DNA of 64,000 nt. Origin: Bacteroidales bacterium (GTDB lineage Bacteria; Bacteroidota; Bacteroidia; Bacteroidales; UBA3824). Positions 17,405-25,840 of this stretch are shown piece after piece. The notes under the pieces were generated by a model. That model was not told the DNA's origin. It saw only the letters and a program-made list of their open reading frames with translations, and made no database searches. Location: positions 21 to 64,020 of the forward strand of contig JAGCVU010000003.1 of the NCBI GenBank assembly GCA_017962175.1. The letters run 5' to 3'. Every line of letters begins with the position of its first letter. Positions within the stretch are counted from its first letter, which is position 1. Position numbers and translations under genes: made by a program.

Positions 17405-19639
17405 CTACAATGATACTTTAAATCCTTTGTTGTTGATTATTACTACGAAAACACCTGATTTTGAGATTTGGATTTCTTCGTGTGTAGATTTAGTTGTTGA
17501 TGATTTGATGATTCGTCCGTTGAGGTCGATGATGTTGTATTTGGCGTCGGGGGTAGATTCGATGTAGATGGTGCTGTTAAACGACCAAACTTTGGTGTTG
17601 TCGGTAGCTTGAGGTGTGCTGCTAACGGGTGTGCCGGGGTCTATTTCAAACTCGGCTGCTACTGTTACGTTGCTTTCGGGCATAGTAAATTGATTGTTGG
17701 TAACAGTAATGGCTTTGCCGCCTTTGTCTTTTACAATGAATTCTTTGAGCTTGTAACCTGCGGCGGGATAAGTGGTGAGTGTAATAGTTTCGCCGTTGAA
17801 TGCTTTCAAGGGTGATGCTTTTACAACGCCGTTCTGCGCGTCGGATACTGTGATGCTGAAGTATGATGAGGGAGAGGGAACGAGTTTCTTGCCGTTTAAT
17901 GCTGCCCACTCGTCAGCGGTGATGCTGGTTCTGGTGTAGGTCTTGGTAGAGTTGCCTTCCACTATAAATGTTTTATCTTCAGCGATGGTGATTTTATCTG
18001 CGATATAACCGTTGGCAATAATATAGTCGGATGCTTTGGTATAGCCGAGTATTACTTTAGAACAAGTTGCATCTTGACCTTTGCCTATTCCGGCAGCTTT
18101 GTTTCCGCTTGCATCTACCATAGTTTTGCCCATAGCGGTAATTTGACCACCTTTGATGGTGATGTCGCCGCACGAACTATAACGTCCTCCGCCAATACCT
18201 GCTGCACCATTTCCGCCGGTAGCTTTGATAGTGCCACTTTCAATGACGATATTGCCGCAAGGTATTTTACTCCATCCTGCACCTATGCCGGCAGCTACTC
18301 CGTTGCTGCTTGCATCGAGCGCACCTGTGCCTTTGATGGTTAAAGTTTTGTCTTCAGGTACATAGATGCCCGGATATTCAGAATCGAAACCTTTGACAAT
18401 GTTTTTAGCTACTATATTGATAGTGGCATCGCCTAAGCAAGTAATGCCTGCCCATGCGTAGTTGTCATCGTTTTCTCCTTCAATTGTAACACCGTGGAGT
18501 GTGACTGTGGCACCGTCTTTAATGGTGATTTTGTAGTTGCCATTGAGTGTGCCTGTGAGAATATCGTTGTTTTTAGCTTCGTAATTGCCGGTTAATGTAG
18601 ATAAATCTATAGCATCGCCTTGATACCATTGAGCATACAGTGTTAATGTGCTACCCGGTGTGCTGATGTCGGTAACAAATTCGGCATTGGCGTATGAAGT
18701 GCCTGAGCCGTCTTTTTCGGTGTTCCAACCGATAAATTTATAACCCGAACGAGTAAATGCATTTTGCGGCATATGAGTTGGGAATCCGGGCAATAGAGTT
18801 ACACTTGCCATTTCGCCTGAGCCGCCATTGGCTTCAAATGCTACATTGTATGATTTTAATGACGGAGTGAATGTTACAGATTCACCTTCGATACTTTCGT
18901 CGGTGGTAAAATCGCCAAGTGTGATAGTGCCGCAAGTGCTAGATTTGCTGCCAGCTACACCAATGCAATATGGAGCATATTCGCCTTTGGTGGCAGTTAC
19001 AGAAGTAACGGTGTTAGTAATGATGATGTTGCCGCCTTTGTTGCCTTCTCCGCTGCCTATGCCCGGAGCATTATTGCCACCTGTGGCGGTTACAGTGCCT
19101 CCCTTGATGGTGATGTTGCCGCTTGTTAGGTTTTTGCCACCGCCTATACCTGGTGCATAATTTCCACCTGTGGCATTGATAATGCCGCCTTCGATAAGAA
19201 TGTTGCCGCTGGCTTTGTTGAATAAACCGCCTATGCCGCAAGCATTTGACTTGCCGTAAGCATTAAGTTTGCCAGATCCTGTAATGGTTAATGTAGAGCC
19301 ATCGGGCACAAAAATACCCGCACTTTCGTAAAATCCCTTAACAGTGTTTTCACCTTCTAAGATGATGGTGGCGTTACCTAAGCATGTGAGTCCAGAATAA
19401 TTGAAGCTCTGGTTTAATTCTTCAGTTCCATTGATAATAGCGTTATTGAGGGTGATGGAGGCACCGTCGGCGATTGTGATTCTGCAGTTGATGCCGAGCG
19501 TGCCGGTGAGTATTTGTCCGTTGGTAACGGGTAATGTGTTTGCTGAAACCTTCGAAAGGTCTACTGTGTTGTTTTGAGCCTGCCCCGCTGTGGCGGCAAA
19601 CACTAATGCTGATAGCATTAAAATTGGTAGTTTTTTCAT
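17405..19639 (-). CDS. T9SS-secreted surface protein: duplicated GxGIGGG beta-helix-like module, Listeria-Bacteroides repeat, Ig-like domain and T9SS C-terminal sorting domain
   Basis: Signal peptide MKKLPILMLSALVFAATAGQAQ. Flg_new-type repeat YNVAFEANGGSG...GYKFIGWNTEKDGSGTSY...LYAQW. CTD KVWSFNSTIYIESTPDAKYNIIDLNGRIIKSSTT...FVVIINNKGFKVSL. Confidence 0.8.
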   Translation of the reverse strand: MKKLPILMLSALVFAATAGQAQNNTVDLSKVSANTLPVTNGQILTGTLGINCRITIADGASITLNNAIINGTEELNQSFNYSGLTCLGNATIILEGENTVKGFYESAGIFVPDGSTLTITGSGKLNAYGKSNACGIGGLFNKASGNILIEGGIINATGGNYAPGIGGGKNLTSGNITIKGGTVTATGGNNAPGIGSGEGNKGGNIIITNTVTSVTATKGEYAPYCIGVAGSKSSTCGTITLGDFTTDESIEGESVTFTPSLKSYNVAFEANGGSGEMASVTLLPGFPTHMPQNAFTRSGYKFIGWNTEKDGSGTSYANAEFVTDISTPGSTLTLYAQWYQGDAIDLSTLTGNYEAKNNDILTGTLNGNYKITIKDGATVTLHGVTIEGENDDNYAWAGITCLGDATINIVAKNIVKGFDSEYPGIYVPEDKTLTIKGTGALDASSNGVAAGIGAGWSKIPCGNIVIESGTIKATGGNGAAGIGGGRYSSCGDITIKGGQITAMGKTMVDASGNKAAGIGKGQDATCSKVILGYTKASDYIIANGYIADKITIAEDKTFIVEGNSTKTYTRTSITADEWAALNGKKLVPSPSSYFSITVSDAQNGVVKASPLKAFNGETITLTTYPAAGYKLKEFIVKDKGGKAITVTNNQFTMPESNVTVAAEFEIDPGTPVSSTPQATDNTKVWSFNSTIYIESTPDAKYNIIDLNGRIIKSSTTKSTHEEIQISKSGVFVVIINNKGFKVSL

Positions 19640-19670
19640 TTTTTTTAGTTATTGTAGTTTTTAGAAAATG

Positions 19671-19678
19671 CAAAGGTA
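19671..19678 (-). promoter_or_regulatory. -7 box (TACCTTTG on the minus strand)
   Basis: The plus strand reads CAAAGGTA, about 32 nt upstream of the ATG at 19639. Confidence 0.5.
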
Positions 19679-19743
19679 TAATAATCAATGTATAAAAGAG
19701 ATTGGTTTTGTCAATGAGGGATTGATGATTTCGTTTGTGGAGT

Positions 19744-19760
19744 GCAGACGGCTCGTCTGC
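19744..19760. repeat. GC palindrome GCAGACG-GCT-CGTCTGC (family copy 1)
   Basis: Perfect 7-bp stem with a 3-nt loop, embedded in the shared 25-mer GTGGAGTGCRGACGGCTCGTCYGCC. Confidence 0.8.
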
Positions 19761-19795
19761 CTACATGCACACCTACATACCCACTGCACACAGAT

Positions 19796-19842
19796 AACCC
19801 CGCACATCGAGCCGCCCCCTGGCGGCGATGATGTGCGGGGTT
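19796..19842 (-). terminator. long nested GC hairpin downstream of the LRR gene
   Basis: AACCCCGCACATC / GATGTGCGGGGTT form a 13-bp outer stem enclosing GCCGCC-CCCT-GGCGGC. Confidence 0.6.
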
Positions 19843-19866
19843 ACAGAAATACCGTCTTCCAGACGG
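19843..19866. repeat. copy 2 of the ACAGAAATRCCGTCTTCCAGACGG repeat
   Basis: ACAGAAATACCGTCTTCCAGACGG abuts the stop codon of the 19867-21972 gene. Confidence 0.7.
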
Positions 19867-21972
19867 TTATAATGATACCTTAAATGATTGGTTATCGATA
19901 ATTACTAGGTAAATGCCTGAGTGGTTGATGTTGATTTGTTCTTTGGAAGATTTTGTTGTTGATGATTTTATTGTACGACCGTTGAGGTCGATGATTGTGT
20001 ATTTGGCGTTGGGTGCTGATTCGATATAGATGGTGCTGTTATATGACCATACTTTAACAGGGGTGTTGTCGGTGATGGTGGCGATGGGGGTGGAGGTGGT
20101 TTTAATAGTGAATGTTTTTTCTACTGTGCCGGTGTAGTTGCCTTTGCCTGCGATGGTTATCTTGGCTGTGCCGGCGGCGGTGTTGTCGGCGTAGGTGATG
20201 GTGTAATCGGTATTGAGTTTGAGTGTGGCATCGCCGTCTTTTACAGTTGCCTCGGGGGTGATAGCCTTGCCGGTGTATTCGTATTCGGCTTGGCTGAGTG
20301 TGATAGTGGCTGAGCTGATTTGCTTGGGTGCGATGGTGAACTCTACCTCTTTTGTAAAGATGTATAGTTTAATACCTTCGATAGTGGCTTTGGCTGTACC
20401 TACGTTGATGTTGTTGGTGTAGGTGATTGTGTAGTCGGTGCCGAGTTCAAGAGTTTTGTCGCCATCGGCAACAACGATAGGCTCTACCGCTTTGCCTGTA
20501 TAGGTTACGTTAGAGATGCCCGAAATTGTAATATCGTTAGATGATACTTCTTTAATATCGCCAACGAATGTTACGTTTACGAAGTTTTTGAACTTGTCTT
20601 CATATTTATCTCGATAATCAGCATACACGTGGCATTTGGTTGCTTTGCTTGCTTTAAAATCATTGCAGTCTGCTTCTGCCCAACTAAGGTTATCAGGGTC
20701 AGCGTAGAGGTATACGTTGTCTACATTTATACATTGATAGAATACATCATTTCCGATAAAATATACGTCCTTGGTGATTGTTACGGAGGAGAGAGCCGGA
20801 CAATATGCGAACGCTAATTTTGCGATAGTTGTTGCTCCCTCGATTGTTACGGAGGTGAGATTCGGGCAATATGAGAACGCATGCATTCCGATAGAAGTCA
20901 TGCTCTCGGGGAATGTTACAGAGGTGAGATTTTTGCAATCACTGAACGCATACTGTCCGATAGATGCTGTACCATCTGGGATTGTAACATTACCGCCTTT
21001 GCCTATGTATGCTAATATCTTTTCCTTTTTGTTATCTTCATAAACGAAATCCCCTACTACTGTTCCGTTTTCTGCAAATGCGCCCCAATGGTCATAGTCT
21101 ATACATTGACTCTTGTTTATGATATGTTTAACAAAAAAGAATGCATCACTTCCGATAGATGTTACGCTCTCGGGGATTGTTACGGAGGTGCAATTAGTGC
21201 AATTATAGAACACATTCTTTCCGATAGATGTTACACTTTTGGGGATTGTAACATCGCCGCCTTTGCCTATGTATGCTATTAGCTTTGTTTTTGTATTATT
21301 TTCGTAAACGAAATCGCCTTCTACTGTTCCGTTTTCTGCAATTGCGCCCCAATGGTCATCGTCAGTGCATTGACTCTTGTTTATGATATGTTTAACAAAA
21401 AAGAATGCATCACTTCCGATAGATGTTACGTTCTTGGGAATTGTTACGGATGTAAGTCTAAAGCATTTGTTAAACGCATACATTCCGATAGCTGTTACGC
21501 TCTCGGGGATTGTTACGGAAGTAAGGCTTGTGCAATTGTAGAACAGTGATAGTTCGATTTTTGTTACGCCCTCGGGAATTGTAGCAGATGTGAGGCTTGT
21601 GCATTCACGGAACGCATTATCTCCGATAGATGTTACGCCCTTGGGAATTGTTACGGATGTGAGGCTTGAGCAACCATCGAAGGCATACTCTCTGATAGCA
21701 GTTACGTTGTAAGTAATATTATTGTTGGTTACGGTGGCGGGGATTATTAGCTCGCCTGATGGTTCGTTACTTTTGTCGTATCCTGCAAGTGTAACGGTTT
21801 TTTCGTCGCCGTTGATAATGTATCCAAGATTGTCGATAACAAAATTGTAACTTATGACGGCTCGTGCTGTGTTTGATGTTGTGGTTATCAGCAGCATAAT
21901 AAATGCTGCAAGCAGGGTGGATAATTTTCTTCCACCGGTTGTCATTTGGTGAAGTGTAAAAGTTTTTTTCAT
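19867..21972 (-). CDS. BspA-type leucine-rich-repeat surface protein with Ig-like repeats and a T9SS C-terminal sorting domain
   Basis: About 23-aa repeats IPxxVTSIGxxAFxxCxxLTSVTIP. Two YTGKAxxP...GTDYTITYxxNxxxGTA modules. CTD VKVWSYNSTIYIESAPNAKYTIIDLNGRTIKSS...LVIIDNQSFKVSL. Confidence 0.85.
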   Translation of the reverse strand: MKKTFTLHQMTTGGRKLSTLLAAFIMLLITTTSNTARAVISYNFVIDNLGYIINGDEKTVTLAGYDKSNEPSGELIIPATVTNNNITYNVTAIREYAFDGCSSLTSVTIPKGVTSIGDNAFRECTSLTSATIPEGVTKIELSLFYNCTSLTSVTIPESVTAIGMYAFNKCFRLTSVTIPKNVTSIGSDAFFFVKHIINKSQCTDDDHWGAIAENGTVEGDFVYENNTKTKLIAYIGKGGDVTIPKSVTSIGKNVFYNCTNCTSVTIPESVTSIGSDAFFFVKHIINKSQCIDYDHWGAFAENGTVVGDFVYEDNKKEKILAYIGKGGNVTIPDGTASIGQYAFSDCKNLTSVTFPESMTSIGMHAFSYCPNLTSVTIEGATTIAKLAFAYCPALSSVTITKDVYFIGNDVFYQCINVDNVYLYADPDNLSWAEADCNDFKASKATKCHVYADYRDKYEDKFKNFVNVTFVGDIKEVSSNDITISGISNVTYTGKAVEPIVVADGDKTLELGTDYTITYTNNINVGTAKATIEGIKLYIFTKEVEFTIAPKQISSATITLSQAEYEYTGKAITPEATVKDGDATLKLNTDYTITYADNTAAGTAKITIAGKGNYTGTVEKTFTIKTTSTPIATITDNTPVKVWSYNSTIYIESAPNAKYTIIDLNGRTIKSSTTKSSKEQININHSGIYLVIIDNQSFKVSL
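20970..21450. repeat. in-frame tandem duplication, 2 x 264 nt (88 aa), inside the LRR gene
   Basis: SIGSDAFFFVKHIINKSQC occurs at aa 184-202 and 272-290. The plus-strand shadow ORFs at 21088 and 21352 are near-identical and offset by 264 nt. The boundaries given are approximate. Confidence 0.75.
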
Positions 21973-22010
21973 TTTAATAACGTTTAAATTATTTGATTTT
22001 TTTAGTACCG

Positions 22011-22018
22011 CAAAGATA
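22011..22018 (-). promoter_or_regulatory. -7 box (TATCTTTG on the minus strand) for the LRR gene
   Basis: The plus strand reads CAAAGATA, about 39 nt upstream of the ATG at 21972. The paralogous position at 25693-25700 reads TATCATTG. Confidence 0.5.
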
Positions 22019-22028
22019 CGAAATTTAA

Positions 22029-22073
22029 TTCATAATGTTTAATGAATAATGCATAATTCATAATGCATAGTTA
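22029..22073. repeat. heptanucleotide array upstream of LRR paralog 1
   Basis: TTCATAATGTTTAATGAATAATGCATAATTCATAATGCATAGTTA. Confidence 0.8.
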
Positions 22074-22087
22074 TTGGAGTGTGGAGT

Positions 22088-22104
22088 GCGGACGGCTCGT
22101 CCGC
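22088..22104. repeat. GC palindrome GCGGACG-GCT-CGTCCGC (family copy 2, compensatory variant), followed by T10
   Basis: Same 25-mer context as 19736-19761. The A-to-G and T-to-C changes keep the stem paired. A T run lies at 22109-22118. Confidence 0.8.
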
Positions 22105-22139
22105 CAAATTTTTTTTTTGCAATTTACAAAACAGTTTTG

Positions 22140-22147
22140 TAGTTTTG
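22140..22147 (+). promoter_or_regulatory. -7 box TAGTTTTG for the Rpn-family gene
   Basis: Matches TAnnTTTG, 20 nt upstream of the ATG at 22167. Confidence 0.5.
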
Positions 22148-22166
22148 CAGTATAATAATAAAAGTA

Positions 22167-23108
22167 ATGACCGAAGAAGAAAAACATAACAAGGATCCTC
22201 AACCGGCGGTGTTTATAGATTTAACCACCGACTTTGGCTTTAAACGCATATTTGAGCGCAAGGAGTTTATGATACCGTTTCTTAACGACCTTTTAAAAAC
22301 ATATAACAAGGAAGGCGTTATTAAAGATATTAAATATCTCAACACTGAGAATATTGGCGATGTTCGTAAAGATAAACGTATTGTGTTTGACCTAAAATGC
22401 GAAACGCAAGACGGTGACATAATATTAGTGGAGATGCAGAAACGCGACCAAGAATATTTCGACGACCGCGTAATCTATTATATGAACCGCAATGTAGCAA
22501 TGCAGGGCGAAATTGGCGACGACCTTTGGAAGTTCGGTATAAAAAAAGTCTACGGTGTATTTCTAATGGATTTTAACGAAAAAAATCCGCTCAACAACAA
22601 ATCCGTTCGTCACTGTGGACTATACGACTATACCAACCAATGCACTTATTCTGATAAACAAGAATTTTGGCTTGTTAACTTGCCGCAATATCGCCACTAC
22701 AAAAAAGAAGACTGCCAAACAAATTTAGACAAATGGTTATACATTATATCAAATATTAAAAATATGGAAACGATGCCTTTTACAATGGAGATGCCGGTTT
22801 TTAAAGGACTTAAAACCGCCGCCGAGATAGCCAATATGACCCGCAACGAACGTGAGAGTTATATATTGGAATACGATGCTTACCGCACCGACCTTGCGGC
22901 GTGGGACTATGCTATAAAAGAAGGTCGCGCCAAAGGATTGCAAGAAGGTCGCGAGGAAGGACGCGCCAAAGGTCGCGAGGAAGGTCGCGCCGAAGGCGAA
23001 CACAATGCGTTGCTTGCTACTGCCCGCCGTATGAAATCTAAAGGTTACTCTGTTGACATCATTGCCGATGTTACAAAATTACCACCATCTGAAATAGAAT
23101 CGTTGTAA
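22167..23108 (+). CDS. Rpn-family recombination-promoting nuclease / PD-(D/E)XK putative transposase
   Basis: N-terminal DLTTDFGFKRIF, then VFDLKCETQDGDIILVEMQ (a PD-(D/E)XK core). The C-terminal low-complexity tail EGRAKGLQEGREEGRAKGREEGRAEGE is typical of this family. Confidence 0.8.
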   Translation: MTEEEKHNKDPQPAVFIDLTTDFGFKRIFERKEFMIPFLNDLLKTYNKEGVIKDIKYLNTENIGDVRKDKRIVFDLKCETQDGDIILVEMQKRDQEYFDDRVIYYMNRNVAMQGEIGDDLWKFGIKKVYGVFLMDFNEKNPLNNKSVRHCGLYDYTNQCTYSDKQEFWLVNLPQYRHYKKEDCQTNLDKWLYIISNIKNMETMPFTMEMPVFKGLKTAAEIANMTRNERESYILEYDAYRTDLAAWDYAIKEGRAKGLQEGREEGRAKGREEGRAEGEHNALLATARRMKSKGYSVDIIADVTKLPPSEIESL

Positions 23109-23125
23109 TATCTTACAATAAAAAC

Positions 23126-23155
23126 AAAGGCGGATTGTACAATCCGCCTTTTGTT
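23126..23155. terminator. bidirectional Rho-independent terminator between the convergent Rpn and LRR genes
   Basis: AAAGGCGGATT-GTAC-AATCCGCCTTT forms a perfect 11-bp stem, A-rich before and T-rich after. Confidence 0.8.
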
Positions 23156-23171
23156 TATTATTGTCGTGCCC

Positions 23172-25655
23172 CTATAATGATAATTTAAATGCCTTATTAT
23201 CAATTATCACAATTACTACTCCTTTATTATTAATATTCACCTCCTCGTATGTAGATTTTGTTGTTGCTGATTTTATTGTGCGACCGTTGAGGTCGATGAT
23301 TGTGTATTTGGCGTCGGGTGCAGATTCGATATAGATGGTGCTGTTATATGACCATACTTTTACAGGGGTGTTGTCAGTGATGGTGGCGATGGGGGTGGAA
23401 GGGTTGGCAGGGTCGGTGGGGTTGGTTGGGTTGACCTCTAATTTATCAATATCTTCTACCTCCTTGGTCTGTGTAGTAAAGATTGAGTTTTGGAATTTGG
23501 CAGTGTAGGTGGTTTTGCCTTTGGCTTCGGTGGTGGCAGGGGTGGTTACCTCGCTTGAGATTAAAGCTGTTTCGGTGATATCGTGTGATTCGTCGTTTTG
23601 GCATGCTAATGTGGCGGTGCAGGTTTTGCCATCATCGCTCCAAGTGTATGTTGGTTTGCTGTAAGAGTGGCTTAACGTGATTGTAACCTCTATTCCTGTT
23701 ACAGTTTCGTAATGTGTTTCGTCAGGGTTATAAGAAAGGGTAATGTTGTTTTCTCCGATAGAGAGATTAGTTTCGGTATTTTCAAATTTGAAACCGTTGG
23801 GCAGAATAATGTCGGAAGGTTTGGCGTTGCATTTCTGCACTGAAATTGTGGGAATTGTATATTCCGGAATGCCTTTGACAATGGTGAACGATGTTTCTTT
23901 GGTAAATTTATACCTTGTGCCATAAATCGTGACAGAAGCTGTTCCAAGGTCAACGTTGTTAGTGAAAACGAGTGTGTAATCTTCTCCCTTTGTTAGAATG
24001 CTGTTGTTGTATTTTACCGTTATTGTTGGTTCCACAGCCTTGCCTGTGTATTTTGCATCGTCGATTTCTGATATGGTTATTTCGTTGTCGGAGGGGATTA
24101 CCAAATCTGCTATGTATTTAATTTTATAATGAGATTCTTGAAATTTATTAGAATACTTTTGTTTATATTCTGCCAAAACGTGACAATTGGTTCCCCAGGC
24201 CTTTGCCTTGAAGTTGTAATTACTTTGATCCCATGTAAGATTTTCAGGGTTGGGATAGAAATAAGCATCGTTGAGCGAGTAGCAGCAATAGAATGCATCA
24301 CCTTTTATCCTTGTAACGTTTTGTGGAATTGTTATAGTCGTCAGATTTGTATGTGCAAACGCAAGAATTTCTATTGTTTTAACGCTTTCGGGTATTGTTA
24401 CCGATGTTACTTCTTTACATTCATTAAATAATCTGTCACCAATCAATGTAACGCCATCGGGTATTGTTACGTGCCCCCCTTTGCCTATGTAAGCGCCAAG
24501 TTGTGTCTTTTGGTTGTCTTCGAATATGAAATCTCCGTCAACAATACCATTGACCACGAGTGCTCCCCACGGGCAGCCCGACAGATTGCCCGAGTAGTTG
24601 ATGTTTTTTACATCATAGAATGCTTCGGTTTCAATTGTTGTTATAGTTGTCGGTATAGTTACATCTATTAATTGTTTACAGTGTGAAAATGCCCATTCCT
24701 TTATGGTTGTAACCGATTGGGGTATGGTTAAGGATGTGATGGTTGAGCAGTATGAAAATGCATATTTTCCGATGGTTGTTACTCCTGATGGTATTGTTAC
24801 ATTGCTGCCCTTGCCCATATATACTAATAGTTCTTTTTTGGTGTTGTCGCTGTATACAAAATCTCCTTCGACATACCCTCCATTTGCTGTAGCACCAAAA
24901 GGAGACCCTTCTGCGTTTCCGTCGTAGGTAATCAATTTAACATTAGTAAATGCATTTTTTTCAATTGTAGTAACGCTGCTTGGAACATACAAATATGAAA
25001 GACTCTTGCACTGACAAAATGCATATGTGCCTATATATGTAACGCTTTCGGGTATTGTTACTGAGGATAGTTTGTCGCAATACATGAATGCATATCCACC
25101 AATCGAAGTTACGCCTTGTGGAATTGTTATTGATGTTAGGCTCTCGCACTGATAAAATGTATGATCCAAAATTTTAGTAACGCCATTGGGAATGTTTACG
25201 GAAGTTAGATTATGGCAATAGATGAACGTATCTTTTCCAATATAAGTTACGCCATCGGGTATTGTAGCAGATTTGAGGTTTGTGCAATCATTGAACGCAT
25301 TATCTCCGATAGATGTTACGCCCTTGGAAATTGTTACGGAGGTGAGGCTTTTGCATTTTGAGAACGCAGACGCTCCGATAGCTGTTACGCTGTAAGTAAT
25401 ATTATTGTTGGTTACGGTGGCGGGGATTTCAATATTGCCAGATGGTTTGTCACCATTGTATCCTACGAGCTCAACGGTTTTTGGGTCTTCGGAGGTGATT
25501 TTGTATTTGAGGATGCCTTCGGTGAAGTTGTCGCCTACGGCGGCGCTGGCGGCGTTAGATGATGCAGCTATCAGCAGCATGATAAGTGCTGCAAGAAGGG
25601 TGGATAATTTTCTTCCACCGGTTGTCATTTGGTGAAGTGTAAAAGATTTTTTCAT
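23172..25655 (-). CDS. BspA-type leucine-rich-repeat surface protein (paralog 2) with a T9SS C-terminal sorting domain
   Basis: 827 aa. The signal peptide MKKSFTLHQMTTGGRKLSTLLAALIMLLI is almost identical to paralog 1. LRR units IPxGVTxIGxxAFxxCxxLTS. CTD VKVWSYNSTIYIESAPDAKYTIIDLNGRTIKSA...IVIIDNKAFKLSL. Confidence 0.85.
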   Translation of the reverse strand: MKKSFTLHQMTTGGRKLSTLLAALIMLLIAASSNAASAAVGDNFTEGILKYKITSEDPKTVELVGYNGDKPSGNIEIPATVTNNNITYSVTAIGASAFSKCKSLTSVTISKGVTSIGDNAFNDCTNLKSATIPDGVTYIGKDTFIYCHNLTSVNIPNGVTKILDHTFYQCESLTSITIPQGVTSIGGYAFMYCDKLSSVTIPESVTYIGTYAFCQCKSLSYLYVPSSVTTIEKNAFTNVKLITYDGNAEGSPFGATANGGYVEGDFVYSDNTKKELLVYMGKGSNVTIPSGVTTIGKYAFSYCSTITSLTIPQSVTTIKEWAFSHCKQLIDVTIPTTITTIETEAFYDVKNINYSGNLSGCPWGALVVNGIVDGDFIFEDNQKTQLGAYIGKGGHVTIPDGVTLIGDRLFNECKEVTSVTIPESVKTIEILAFAHTNLTTITIPQNVTRIKGDAFYCCYSLNDAYFYPNPENLTWDQSNYNFKAKAWGTNCHVLAEYKQKYSNKFQESHYKIKYIADLVIPSDNEITISEIDDAKYTGKAVEPTITVKYNNSILTKGEDYTLVFTNNVDLGTASVTIYGTRYKFTKETSFTIVKGIPEYTIPTISVQKCNAKPSDIILPNGFKFENTETNLSIGENNITLSYNPDETHYETVTGIEVTITLSHSYSKPTYTWSDDGKTCTATLACQNDESHDITETALISSEVTTPATTEAKGKTTYTAKFQNSIFTTQTKEVEDIDKLEVNPTNPTDPANPSTPIATITDNTPVKVWSYNSTIYIESAPDAKYTIIDLNGRTIKSATTKSTYEEVNINNKGVVIVIIDNKAFKLSL

Positions 25656-25708
25656 TTTAATTACGTTTAAAGTATTTATTTTTTTAGTACCACAATGATA
25701 CGAAATTA

Positions 25709-25744
25709 TAATTCATAATGTTTGATGAATAATGCATAATTATT
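25709..25744. repeat. heptanucleotide array upstream of LRR paralog 2
   Basis: TAATTCATAATGTTTGATGAATAATGCATAATTATT. Confidence 0.75.
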
Positions 25745-25750
25745 TGGATC

Positions 25751-25767
25751 GCAGACGAGCCGTCTGC
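25751..25767. repeat. GC palindrome GCAGACG-AGC-CGTCTGC (family copy 3, inverted orientation)
   Basis: Exact reverse complement of the copy at 19744-19760. Confidence 0.8.
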
Positions 25768-25780
25768 GCCCCTCGCCTCC

Positions 25781-25814
25781 AAAAAAAAAGAGCGGGTGCC
25801 GCAGCAGCCCGCCC
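25781..25814 (-). terminator. terminator of the 239-aa gene
   Basis: The minus strand reads GGGCGGGCTGCTGCGGCACCCGCTC followed by T9. Confidence 0.6.
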
Positions 25815-25840
25815 ATTTCAAGGAAAGAATGGAATATTTT

